Assembly: GCF_018977255.1 (NCBI RefSeq) | Contig: NW_024704743.1 | Location: 111,230,001-111,294,000, forward strand | DNA: 64,000 bases | Source of the DNA: Callorhinchus milii | Lineage: Eukaryota | Direction: 5' to 3' | Shown: positions 39,707 through 51,022 of the stretch, one piece after another | Numbering within the stretch: position 1 is the stretch's first letter | Layout of the letters: every line of letters begins with the position of its first letter | The notes under the pieces: model-generated | What the model saw: the letters and a program-made list of their open reading frames with translations, nothing else | The model's database searches: none | What the model was told of the DNA's origin: nothing | Made by a program: the position numbers and the translations under genes

Positions 39707-40149
39707 CTGGGTATATGTAAACATTGCTTAAATGATCAACCAAACCATTATTTAACACTGGATCAGGCCTTAGCTTGGCTCGGTTGGCAGCACTTTCATC
39801 TTCAGAAAGTTGTGGGTTCCAGCCTTATGTTGGGACTTTGACTCATCACCCAGATTGACACTTGATTGCAGCGCTGGGGAACACTCTATTGATCGAGGGG
39901 TGGTCCTTCTGATGAAATGTTAATCTTTGTAAAGTGTTTTGAGACATCTTGACAATGTGGTAAGGTGCTACATGAAATCCAAGGACTATTACACTATTAT
40001 TGAAAATATGATCATCAAGAAATTGACGGTAGAATTAGCATCTCGAAAAGTGTCTTGAAATATAAAGTGTGTCTCCTGCACGGAATCCTTTTGTTCGTCA
40101 TAGTGATCAGAAAGAATCAGCTCCGAGATACAAACAAACCTAATAACAA

Positions 40150-40810
40150 TAACCATGCAACACCACACCAACACCATGCCAAGAATACACCACCATCACA
40201 CCAACACAATGCTAACACCATGCTAACACCACACGAACACCACACCAACACTACGCCAACACCAACACCACAGCAACACTATGCCAACACACCAACACCA
40301 TGCTAACACCACACCACCACAGCAACACCACACCAACACCAAACCAATACCGCACCAACACCACACCAACACTATGCCAATACCACACCAACATCATGGC
40401 AACACCACACCAACACCACCCCAACACCACACCAACACCACACCAACCCCACACCAACACCATGTCAACACCAACACAATGTCAATACCACATCAACACC
40501 ACACCAACACCATGCCAATACTACACCAACATCATGCCAACACCACACCAACACCATGCCAACACCACACCAACACCATGCCAATACCATACCAACACTA
40601 CCCCAACACAACATCACACCAACACCACACCAACACCAACACCATGTCAACACCATACCAACACCACAGCAACACCACAGCAACACCATGCCAACACCAC
40701 ACCAACACCACAGCAATACCACACCAACACCATGTCAGCACCATGTCAACACCACACCATCATCGCGTCAACACCATGCTATCACTACAACAACACCACA
40801 ACATCACCCC
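40150..40810. repeat. CA-rich low-complexity repeat (CACCA/ACACCA/CCATGCCAA units)
   Basis: Seen directly. Produces spurious H/T/P-rich ORFs. Confidence 0.92.
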
Positions 40811-42370
40811 AGATTAGTCCAGATGAAGAAGACCTTCCGGCCCATCTGATCTCACTCTTCCAGAACACTCAGCCTAACGTCATCCCCACACAGCAACAAA
40901 TTGTTTCTCAAAGGCTCAGTTCCAGTTCACAGGAGACATGTGACTTGATTTCATATTTTAAAACAAGGAAGTCACAAATTACGGCACAAATTGTTTTGGA
41001 ACATTACTTTTTGAATCTTTTTTTATACTACTCTTATAACAATCCCTTAGTAATATGCAATCTGTGACTTACTTGTGGGTGATAGAAGCCATGTCATCTC
41101 TGCTCTAAGATGTTGCCCCCGGGAAGGGCGTTACACAACTGCAAGTTATTGTTCCTCATTACTACCAAGACAAAGAAAATGTTGCATTATTCTTAGCTGG
41201 ACATATTTTAATGCACATTTTAATTGCAACTTCCATGGAGTCCAGAGGCAGAGAAAAAAAATAACCTTACACAATCTGCCAAAGTAGCTGCAAAGCTCAA
41301 GGATCATCTTGCCTGAGGATAAATCTTATTTTAAACAATCTAGCCTTAACCTGCTGTACTTGGAGCAAATAAATGTAGTTCTTGGAACAAATGAATGCCA
41401 TTAGAGAGAGTATCACAGTTCTAAATAGCAGGTATGTTACATTGATTCTAAATGTTTTGCTTATTTTAAAATGTCAACTTTACAGCTGTAGAACCTTAAT
41501 TTAATCAAAATCCTATTTATCTATAATTTGGTTGATCTGACTAATCAGTAAAAAGAAGCTGCCTCTTATTGTGAGCAATGTTTACCAGACCCTTCTGGCA
41601 TTTTCATGTTTCAGACTGGCTGTCTGTCTGTCGGCATGACTATCCATCCTTATTCTTATTCAGGGGTCATCCCTCATTGTCGGGCTCTTGAATTGTGTGT
41701 CTGCTCTCATATTTTCTGCCAGTACAATATGCCCTTCTCGTGCAATTTCAGGGTACGTGGGTTTTATTCCAGTAGGAATGCAGCTCACTTATGCAGGGAA
41801 ATGTTCTTTGCAGAAAACTACCCAAATCTATCAGTTAATTTAGAAAAGGAATAGGGAGGGGAAAAAAGACCACCTGTCTTGTACTGAGGCCATAATGCTA
41901 TTTTGTTCAAAAAGGATTGTTAGTGTATATTGTTTCAAGTACGAATTAGGCTGATTTACAACAACCATAAGTGTCAGGATATGAAGTGAATGTGTGAGGG
42001 AAGAAGAAATATGTTTTGAGCACTCGATAACACAGGTAGAGTAGCAGACTTGTTGATCTAGTTGTGCAGCGGTAATAGGGTTCACTCTGCATCATTGTTT
42101 GATTCACTGCACGTACTGAACCCAAATCATTTTATTTTAATTTGTTCTGCTGCAAACACAGACTGAGGGCTGCTGGAGGTGAGAAACAGACAACAGATGG
42201 GTCATTTCCAAATCGAAGAAAGAAAGGCAGAAAGAACTTTGCATTTCATGGCTTAGTATCTTCTCATGGCAAAAGTGTTGATCGAGCTAAGTTGGTACCA
42301 CCTCTGAGACATAAGGTCATGGATTCAAGCTCCACGTCGGGACTCTGAACTCACATAGTCTAGGACTGAC

Positions 42371-42830
42371 TTTTTTTTTGAAAATATATATTTACTTATA
42401 AATATAATATTTAATACAACAGAAATCCCAAACAAACACAACATCTTCTGTTACAATTTTTCCCTTCCTCCCGATATAGAAAAAACATTCCGTTGTTTAA
42501 GGTACATTCCTTCACCACACATGGGGTGTGCATATGTTTTTTGGAACCCTCCCTTGAAAACAGTCTGGAGTCACCCCTGTATACACCACATCCATGTGTG
42601 CGCCCGCACACGCCCTGATAAGGCTCGCTTGCCACCTTCAGAAGGTGCCCCAATGTACACCTTACCTGCACATGTGCACCATACATACATTTTTGGGATG
42701 CCTAGGATTGACACTCATTGCAATGCTGGGTGTGTGCAGCACTGCAATGCTGCATTTTGTGAGGTGCTGTTCTTGGAAAGGTAAGGTAGTTGCTGATATT
42801 ACTTCTTACATACAGCGCACAGACTAAATA
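42371..42830 (-). mobile_element. Poly(A)-tailed retroposon 3' end, possibly L1/Tx1-like
   Basis: A T-run and AT-rich tail at 42371 directly truncate an old SINE head. Protein resemblance is weak. Confidence 0.3.
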
Positions 42831-42892
42831 GCGTTTGCCAGCTCAGGGAGATTCAGAGAGAGTCTAAATGAAAACATGTCGGAGAAAATTTG

Positions 42893-43265
42893 GTGTCCTG
42901 TAGCTTAGTGGTTAGAGCACTCGCCTCACAAGTGAGAGGACCTGGGTTTGATTCCCGCCAGGGAGAAACATTGGGTAAGTTTCCTTACTCCACACGCCTC
43001 TGTTTACCTAGCAGTAAGTAAGAACCCAGTTGTTAGTCAATTGGCAGATCACGTTTCCAAGGGTAATAACCCCACCAAAAAAAATAATAATAATTTGTCA
43101 CTCAATCCACAACTGTTTGTGGGACACTGCTGTACGCAATTGGCTGCTGCGTTTTGCCCACAAATATACAGTCAATTCACTTTACAGTATATTCTGTGAC
43201 GAGCTTTGAATTGTCTTGAAGATGTGATATGGCGCTATATTATAATGCCAGGAGTATTATTATTA
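42893..43265 (+). mobile_element. SINE, long subfamily
   Basis: tRNA head, extra internal segment, core and tail. Related copies at ~23115-23460 and ~59964-60196. Confidence 0.85.
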
Positions 43266-45077
43266 CAAAATTAAACAAAAGAGGAATTAAGCAAAAATAG
43301 AAGCAGACTGAATCAGCAGACATCTCTGAAGTAATTGAAGTTCTGCCACGAGCGACACACCCAAACAACAACCAAAGTATTTTCCCAGTAACTCAGGCAT
43401 TCATGTTCGTGAGAGGCACTGATGTTTACCATTGACGGAGCGCAATTCTGGTTTTCATTAAGGGCAAGGCATCAGCAATCATCATTTCATGTAGTCGTTG
43501 ATACACATCAACAAACTGAAAGGAATTTCAATACTTTGGTGGGCTGTCTGATCCTTGCTACTTATAATATCTTACATTTGTTATAGAACATTTCATGTGA
43601 GGAGGATGGCTCAGAGTTCACTGGATATCCTATAAAGTGTAGTGACTGTGTATTTCACAAGCGAACACTGCAAATAATTTGCTCGCAGCAATGTCCCACG
43701 GACATTATCACATAAGGGAAATTGTTGGCCAGGACCCCTGGAGAAACTCCCTTCTCTTTTTGAATAATGCTATGGGAATGTGGCAAGTTACGGCAGAACA
43801 TGTATGTGAATGAAACCATGATGGCATGAAGCCAGATTAGTTTGGAAACTTCAGTTCTTACTATGGAATTGAAAAAAAACACAACAAATGGCTGCCTTCC
43901 GTGCACTACTGTGCTTAAAATGTTGACTTTCAAACTCATAATAACCCTTTCATTTGTTCTAGCATCTTTCATGATCGGAGGACATCTGAAAGCACTCCAC
44001 AGGATTTACTGTGAAGTACGGCAAATGTTTGAGGTGAATGTGGCAGTTAATTTGCTCATAGCAATGTCCCACAAACAGTCATGAGGTGAATGACCAATTT
44101 TATTTGGGGAATCGTTGGCTGGAACACCAGGAGAAACTCCCTTCTCATTTGGAATAGTCCCAGATCAGAACAGGTAGATGGCACCTTGGTTTAACATCTC
44201 ATCTGAAGGGCAGCACCTCCAACAATAAATGTTCCTCCAGCATTGAACTGGAATGTCAATCCAGACTGTGAGTGTAAAATCCCAATGTGAGGCTTGTACC
44301 CACAACTTCCTGACTCAGAGGTGAGAGTGCTACCAACTGAGCCAGGCTGAAAAAGGGTTTTATCACTCAAGATTCATAATTCCATTATCCCATATGATCT
44401 CACAACATGATTTTTTTTACAGACTCAGAATTTTATATTTAACTCAGGGTGAAATCGGGAACATGCAAAGTGATAATTATCACTGGTAATTTCCATTGTA
44501 CCACACCACACAATTCTGAACCTGTGGAACTATAGAACCATATCACTGACAAACCAATGCTCTAGGACATACCCACAAGTACCTTTTCAATTCTCCCTTA
44601 GTGTCCGAAGACACCTCTGAGACTCCTGTCTCTCCAATTGGAGAAATAAATCAGTGTGGATTCCTGTTCCTAATTGTTATCCAGAGATGCTATGTGTGGA
44701 TACTGGGTGGAAATTGCATTGGTCTGAGCTGTTATGTGCTCCTTGGAGTCAAATAGCCCACCAGGTCTCACATTAGCGAGGTTCTGTTGGGCACCTGGTG
44801 CTCTTGGAACCATACTCAATGGAAGGGAAAAGGAGTCAGATGGCTTCAGGAGAGTAAGAGGAAGAATTGGCAATTTGAAACATTTTAAAAATCAAAAGCA
44901 GGTAACATTATATTTTTATCTCATTCAACCTGTGTTATTTGCATAAATAAGATAACATTCCAATTGTACCAACAGGATTCAAACTATTATTGTTTGCTTA
45001 TCCACAACTGGACAGATAACCTTCAATTTTGGTAAGCTTAATGATGGGAAATGAAACGCTGCCCACTATTAAGGTAC

Positions 45078-46260
45078 CCAAAGTTATATCAAGCTCTTGC
45101 AGGTCAAGAACAGATAAAATACAGTCTATGTGCTCATCCTCAACAAAGTGTCTTCATACCAATCTCAGGAAATTACCCACTAAATTCTTAACAAGGCACC
45201 TGCTTGGTAATAACTTGCATTGTCAATTGTAAAGGATTAGTTTAAATATAAATACCTTTACATCATCAGTCTCACCTTGTTATAAATGGTGAAAGTATCA
45301 TTAGCAACGAACAAGTTTGGAGGGCTGTGGGGAGGACAATTTTGAGGGTCACAGGGAGAGAGCGGGGGAGTGGGATTGATTTGGATAGCTCTTTTCAAAG
45401 AGCCAGCACAGACACGATGGGCTGAATGGCCTCCTCCTGTGCTGTATAATTCGGTGATTCTTTGATTGTATGAAACCTCATAACACTTCATGGTTGTTTA
45501 TGCAGTGTTTCTATGCACAAATTGGCTGCCACATTTGCCTACAAATACAACCACTGCACTTTATATTGAATCCTGTGAAGTGCTTTGAGATGTCTTCCCA
45601 ATGTGAAAGGTGCAGTGTCAACTCAAGGATTATTTTTATGATAAAATATGGAATCCAGCCTGTAGACCTGGTCCAATGTGTATCGAGGGTAAAACACCTT
45701 CACTTAAAAAGAAGTAATGAACAGAAATTACTGAGATACTGAGGATGAATATAATGAGTACAAATAGAAAATAGTTTTAAATCATTCAGTTACTCACTAA
45801 AGTGGGGAGACTGTATAGATAATGGGAAAATGGCAAGAGTGCTCACTTCACCCCCTCCTAAGGCTACATTTGACAACTCGAGATCCATTACTGCGATTAG
45901 GATTGTTTTTGAAAACCACAGCAAAATATACCACTACGTTGTTTGTTCTTTGTGCTCATTCTGTGTGTCAGCCTGGTTTAGTGGTAGCAGGTTGCGTCTT
46001 GGGATGTCCAAAGTTATATCAAGCTCTTGCAGGTCAAGAACAGATAAAATACCATTTATGTGCTCTTCCTCAACAAAGTGCCTTCATGCCAATCTCAGGA
46101 AGTTACCCACTAAATTCTTAACAAGACACCTGTTTGGCAATAACTTGCATTATCAATTGTAAAAGATTACTTGAAATATAAATACCTTTACAACATAAGT
46201 CTCACCTTGTTATAGTATCATTAGCAACAAACAGGTTTGCAGGGCTGTGGGGAGGACAAT
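45078..46260. repeat. Local direct duplication of ~260 bp (45078-45340 and 46008-46260)
   Basis: Both copies run ccaaagttatatcaagctcttgcaggtcaagaacagataaaatac...agggctgtggggaggacaat. Confidence 0.9.
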
Positions 46261-46371
46261 CACTGACGAGGAGTCTGAACCCTTTCTATATCTATCAAGA
46301 ATCCCTGTCTATATATATCCCGATCTCTCCTGGTGATGTTCATTCTCTTGCTGGGGTTACTGTTTGATTCA

Positions 46372-46705
46372 ACAACAACAACAAAATGACATTTGTCCAG
46401 CGCCTTTCACGTTGGAAGGATGTCCCAAGGCGCTGGACAGTCAGGTTTCGGACCCGAGCTGGGGGTCCGGATTGGGGAGGGTAGGGGGGGAAGCAGGGTG
46501 ATGGATGGCACGGTCGAAGAGGAGGATCTTGAGACGGGTCTTGAAGGAGGCAAGTGGGGGGGACGAGACGGAGGGACTGAGGGATGGAGTTCCAGAGGAT
46601 GGGGGCGGGCGAGGCGGGGGACGTGAAGCAAGCCGGAGGGCTCTGAGCCGAGGGAGCGAGCAGGGCGGCGGCGGTGGGGTGATGGGGGTGTCCTCTGCCT
46701 CCCCA
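46372..46705 (-). mobile_element. L2 LINE 3' fragment just upstream of the IL7 promoter
   Basis: (AAC)n tail. Reverse-complement similarity to 35640-35970. Confidence 0.8.
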
Positions 46706-46804
46706 CATTTAAAGCCTCCATCCTCTTGCACACCACAGTGCTTTGGGGCCACCTTCCCAGGTCGGGCTTTGAGACACCAAAGGGCTGCCTTAATGCAAAC
46801 TGTT

Positions 46805-46816
46805 GAAAGCGAAAGT
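46805..46816 (+). promoter_or_regulatory. IRF-E/ISRE-type element in the IL7 promoter
   Basis: GAAAGCGAAAGT fits the IRF1/2 consensus GAAANNGAAA(C/G)Y. It starts 284 nt upstream of the IL7 ATG. Confidence 0.7.
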
Positions 46817-47047
46817 ATTGCTGGGGCAGGTGGTAAGTTACCGGCGCTTCCCCTTCCTCCTCCAGCTCTCTCCTCCTCTCTCGGGGCCGACTGACAGCTC
46901 GCACTTGCTGCTGTGGCCTCGCAACGGATCGGGGGGTCATTTATATTTATCTTTTTCTTTTTGGGTGGCGGGGAAGGGCGAGGGAAGGAGCTCGGGGCGA
47001 GGCGGAGAGCGGATGGGAGTCGGTGTGAGAGGCGCAGTGCGTGAGCC

Positions 47048-47092
47048 ATGAGGGCGACTTCCCCACTCTTGCTCTCAGCCGGAGTAAGATGA
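47048..47092 (+). other. Upstream ORF (MRATSPLLLSAGVR*) whose stop overlaps the IL7 start codon
   Basis: gccATGa at 47048, 14 codons, TGA at 47090-47092 within ATGA of the IL7 start. Confidence 0.55.
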
Positions 47093-47098
47093 CAAATG
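47089..47098 (+). CDS. IL7: Interleukin-7, coding exon 1 (ATG ACA AAT G; M-T-N-V/)
   Basis: 10 coding nt followed by a consensus donor G|GTGAGT, at the end of a CpG-rich region. Same 10-nt, phase-1 first coding exon as mammalian IL7 (ATG TTC CAT G, recalled). Phase matches exon 2. Confidence 0.85.
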
Positions 47099-47129
47099 GT
47101 GAGTGATCACTGGAGGCAGAGCAGGTCGA

Positions 47130-47605
47130 GGTGGGTGATGGTGTGGGTGATGGTGGGTGATGGTGTGGGTGATGGTGGTGGGTGGTGGTGGGTGGTGGTG
47201 GGTGATGGTGTGTGGTGGTGGGTGGGTGGGGGTGGTGGGTGATGGTGTGTGGGTGGTGGGTGATGGTGGGTGATGGTGGATGGTGGGTGATGGTGTGGGT
47301 GGTGGGTGATGGTGGATGGTGGGTGATGGTGGGTGGTGGGTGATGGTGTGTGGGTGGGGTGGTGGGTGGGTGGTGGTGGGTGGTGGTGGGGTGGGGTGGT
47401 GGTGGGTGATGGTGGTGTGGTGGTGTGGTGGGTGGTGGGTGATGGTGTGGGTGGGTGGTGGGTGGTGGTGGTGGGTGATGGTGTGTGGGTGATGGTGGGT
47501 GGTGGTGGGTGATGGTGGGTGATGGTGGGTGGGTGGTGGGTGATGGTGGGTGGATGGTGGGTGATGGTGGGTGATGGTGGGTGGGTGGTGGGTGATGGTG
47601 GGTGG
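47130..47605. repeat. G-rich (GGTG/GGTGAT)n repeat at the start of IL7 intron 1
   Basis: Seen directly. Almost only G, T and A on the + strand. Confidence 0.92.
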
Positions 47606-48253
47606 AAGCCTAAGATGTGCCTTCGATCTGCAACTCCAAAGACATGGCCATCGATTGATTCTCAGCAGCGACCGAAATAAGCCCCGCATTTTACAAGGAA
47701 TTGAGTGAGAGTCTGAGCTCAGAATCGACCTCTGCCAACCACTGCATGCAATACCCTGGGACAGCCATGTGCCCACAGCTGCAGCCTGGATGCCCCCCCT
47801 CCCCCACCCCTCTGGAAGTCCACCTAAAAGAGCAAAATCAAGGACCCTCCTGTGGTTTGGGCAAAGCTGAGAGTTTTATTTCCCTCCCTGGCTTTTCTAG
47901 CAGCAATGGGAATCAACAAGACAAATGGTTAAATGCTTCTCCCTCCACCCAGTGCACCCCTCCCAGGATCTGTAAACCTGGCCAAGGTAAAAACTTCGCC
48001 TGGTCGCAGGGCAGGGTCTAGGAGGGCGTGAGGAAATATAACTGGCCATCCTGCTGGCTTCCAGAGTTGTGGTCGGATGGTCCCAGACCGCTGCTGTGGT
48101 CAAACCAGGGACAAAGTGAGGTGGATTCACCACTGCATATTGACTCAGGGAGGGAGGGAGGGAGGGATGAGATGCAGCACTTAACAAAACGATGAAAACG
48201 AAGATTGAAAGAAAGAAAGGAGCAATTACATGAAGTCGGTATATAGAATAGTT

Positions 48254-48535
48254 AATAATAATAATAATCATTGCGTTTGGTATAACGTCTTATGTCGTTG
48301 AGATGTCTCAAAGCACTTCACAGGATATACTGTAAAGTGGTTTGACAATATTATCTGGGTGAAACGTGGCAGCCAATTGCGCACAGAGTCTACCCCAAAC
48401 ACTCGGCTGCCAGATTTCGCCCACAGAATATGCAGTCAATCCACTTTACAATACATTCTGTGAAGTGTTTTGAGATGTTTCAACGAAGTGATAAGGCGCT
48501 ATATCAAATGCAAGGATTATTATTATTACTATTAT
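48254..48535. mobile_element. Two SINE 3' halves in inverted orientation in IL7 intron 1
   Basis: 48254-48400 is on the minus strand and 48403-48535 on the plus strand. They are mutually complementary. Confidence 0.75.
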
Positions 48536-48634
48536 TTTATCAAATGGAAAGATTATGATCTTTATTATAATCAAATTCTCCAGACTCAAGAAGATTCCAA
48601 TCATTTATTTGTGCCTTTTTTTACTGTCACTCAG

Positions 48635-48864
48635 TTCTCTTTAGGTATATCCTTGGTCTTCTTCTGATCATTCTTCTGACCCCAGAAACAACTCTCCAAT
48701 GCAAGAACAAAAACCTGAATATGGCAGATGTGAAGAACAACTTTCAGCATATCATCTTCGAGTACCTGGTTTCTCTCCAGTTAGACCATTTCGAACACAC
48801 TGGTTATAATAAGAGCAGCAACAGCAAACCACAGAAAGCAAAACCTCATTGCCGGGACGGAAAG
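48635..48864 (+). CDS. IL7: Interleukin-7, coding exon 2 (signal peptide, helix A, AB loop; equals mammalian exons 2+3)
   Basis: Acceptor ttttttactgtcactcag|, donor AAG|gtaaac, open 230-nt frame. Translation (V)LFRYILGLLLIILLTPETTLQCKNKNLNMADVKNNFQHIIFEYLVSLQLDHFEHTGYNKSSNSKPQKAKPHCRDGK resembles human VSFRYIFGLPPLILVLLP...C...KRHICDANK. Confidence 0.9.
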
Positions 48865-50520
48865 GTAAACTGCCCTTAACATCTGTTTCTGCTTTGCACT
48901 GTCTTTCCAGAGAATGGCAGCAGTGAAATTAACGTGGTGGGGGGAGGGAGGAGGGATGTGAGGGGATATGGAGTGAGGGTGGGGTGAGGATGAGGAGGGA
49001 AGCAAGGGGGAATTTGTGACATTTCATTACAGATGGGATGTAATCAAATCTGTTATGAAATCTTCCATTCCTTCTCCTTTCCATTGTCCTTATTGTACAC
49101 AGTGACTTGACGTGATCCCATCTGCATGAGAAAGGCAAGCACTGACCTCTGGTCATATCTCTGTAACTCATTAGTATCAGCATGACTCAGTTGGTAGCAC
49201 TGTCACCTCTGCGTCAGAAGAGTATGGTGTCAAGCATCTGGTCGTGACTTTGACCTCATGGTCTAGGCTGACACTGCAGTGCAGTGGGGGAGTGCTGAAT
49301 TGCTAAAGGTGCCATTCTTCAGATGAGATGTTAAAAGAAGGTACTGTCTACCTGTTTAGATGAAGATTAAAGATTTCATCCCTATTCGAAAAGAGTAGGA
49401 AGTTTCTCCCAATGTCATGGTCAGCAATTTCCCAAATTAAAATGGTCGTTCATTTCATTGGCTTTTTGTCAGACATTGCTGTGCACAACTTGGCTGTTGT
49501 GTTCACCAACAAAATACAGGCAGGAGGATGACTCATCAAAGCACTTGATACTGGTATCCAGTCAACCGGGGCTGGGAGCTGAAGGGTAGGGGAAAGTAGA
49601 CTGAAAGTGCGGGCAAAGAGATATGTCCTGATACAGCCTTGAATGAAGGAAGGGAGGGAGGGAGCGAGTTGGAGAGAGGGACTCCAGGATGGAATTCCAG
49701 CGAGTGGGGGCAGAACGGCTGAATAATCCCCTGCCCATGGTGAGAAGCAGGTAGGGCAGGGGGTGGTGGGTGGGAGGATGAATTTAGTTCAGAGCTCACC
49801 CAGAGTACTAGCACTTTGAAGTTTGAAGGCTATTGAGTAAAACACAAAGTAATATTTTTTAATTAATTCTGGTTTGGAAAAGTATATTTTGGAAATGTTT
49901 ATAAATATTTAACCATGATAAATCACGAGTATTAATTGATTAGTCCACATTTCAAATACAAGATATGTGAGGTAAACAGGTTAATGTTACACAGTACATG
50001 CTGTTCAGTCCATTGAAAGGATCAAAAATGTCATGAACTTTGTTTACTAACAATAGTGATGTAGGAACACGTTTTCTTCTCTTGAATCATTATGGCCCAT
50101 CATCTATCTGTTCATTTCTAATTCTTTCAACAGAATAAGTACCTTGTTTCAGAATTTGTAATTTTATTTTGACTGGAATCCTAACAATCCTTAATACCAC
50201 CAAGAAAAATTGCCCCATGCCATGCAGTAGTATCTCTGTCTGTTCAGTGCCTTGGGACATCCTCCCGACGTGAAAAGTGCTCTACAAATGTAATTTTGTT
50301 GTTGCTGTTGTTGAAGTATGTTGACACATAAATGAACGCAGTGCTGTGTGTGTCACTGCGGTGGTGTAACTGATATGCATCACTTAATAATCTCTCTCTC
50401 TAGGTTTCCTGCAAAATGTGCAAGTAGGGGTTGCAATCGTGGGATTCTGGAAGCATCATTACCTTATCGGATCCCGGGGGGATGCTATATGGTAACAGTG
50501 GTCCTGAAGTCCCTGCATGT

Positions 50521-50834
50521 AATATAATAATCCTTGCATTTGATATCGCGCTTTTCACGTCTTCTCGATGTCTCAAAGCGCTTCACAGAATAGACTGTAA
50601 AGTGAATTGACCGTATATTTGTGGGCAAAACGCGGCAGCCGATTGCGCACAGTAGTGTCCCACAAACAGTCGTGGATTGAAAATGACCAATTTCTTATTG
50701 TTTTGTTTTTTTGGAGGGATTATTATTAGGTGTGTGGAGTAAGGAAACTTGCCCAAGGTTTTGCTCTGCCTGGAATTGAACCCAGGTGTCTCGCTTGCAA
50801 AGCGAGTGCTCTAACCACTGAGCTACAGAACTCC
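50521..50834 (-). mobile_element. Same SINE family, full copy in IL7 intron 2
   Basis: Closely matches the reverse complement of 54520-54843. Confidence 0.9.
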
Positions 50835-50884
50835 GTAGAACTGCTGTAAACTATTATTCAAAGCTTTCTTTTCTTTTATTTTAG

Positions 50885-51022
50885 GAGATCACTTCAATCT
50901 ATCGTTTGACGTGCTCCGCATATCACATGGCTCATTATCACAACCTGGAGCACAGTCAGAAGATAGCAGTTCTATCCAGGATGACTGAAGGCACACTGAA
51001 ATGCAATTGCACAAATCGCAAG
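50885..51022 (+). CDS. IL7: Interleukin-7, coding exon 3 (helices B and C)
   Basis: Acceptor tttcttttcttttattttag|, donor AAG|gtttgc, phase 0/0, 46 codons: EITSIYRLTCSAYHMAHYHNLEHSQKIAVLSRMTEGTLKCNCTNRK. Matches human exon 4 (EGMFLFR...SEGTTILLNCTGQ) including the NCT sequon. Confidence 0.9.

Larger units (their letters stand above)
46840..47130 (+). promoter_or_regulatory. GC/CpG-rich IL7 promoter and 5' UTR
   Basis: Non-repeat stretch with many CpGs and GC-box-like motifs (GGGGCGAGGCGG) in otherwise CpG-poor DNA, directly before exon 1. No obvious TATA box. Confidence 0.65.

Noticed and set aside
40251..41067. Long His/Thr/Pro-rich ORFs (178 aa, 255 aa)
   Set aside because: Translations of a stop-poor CA-rich simple repeat, open in several frames, with no gene structure.
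46407..47049. GC-rich minus-strand ORFs (177 aa, 202 aa) near the IL7 promoter
   Set aside because: They run through an L2 fragment and GC-rich promoter DNA, are low complexity and have no recognisable domain.
47075..47776. 233-aa His/Pro-rich minus-strand ORF
   Set aside because: Artefact of the (GGT)n-type repeat in IL7 intron 1.
50134..50138. 5-nt microexon (AATAA) plus 50404-50491 as a constitutive IL7 exon 3
   Set aside because: It would keep frame, but the exon-3-equivalent sequence is already inside 48635-48864. The donor is weak and the added 31 aa have no IL-7 similarity.
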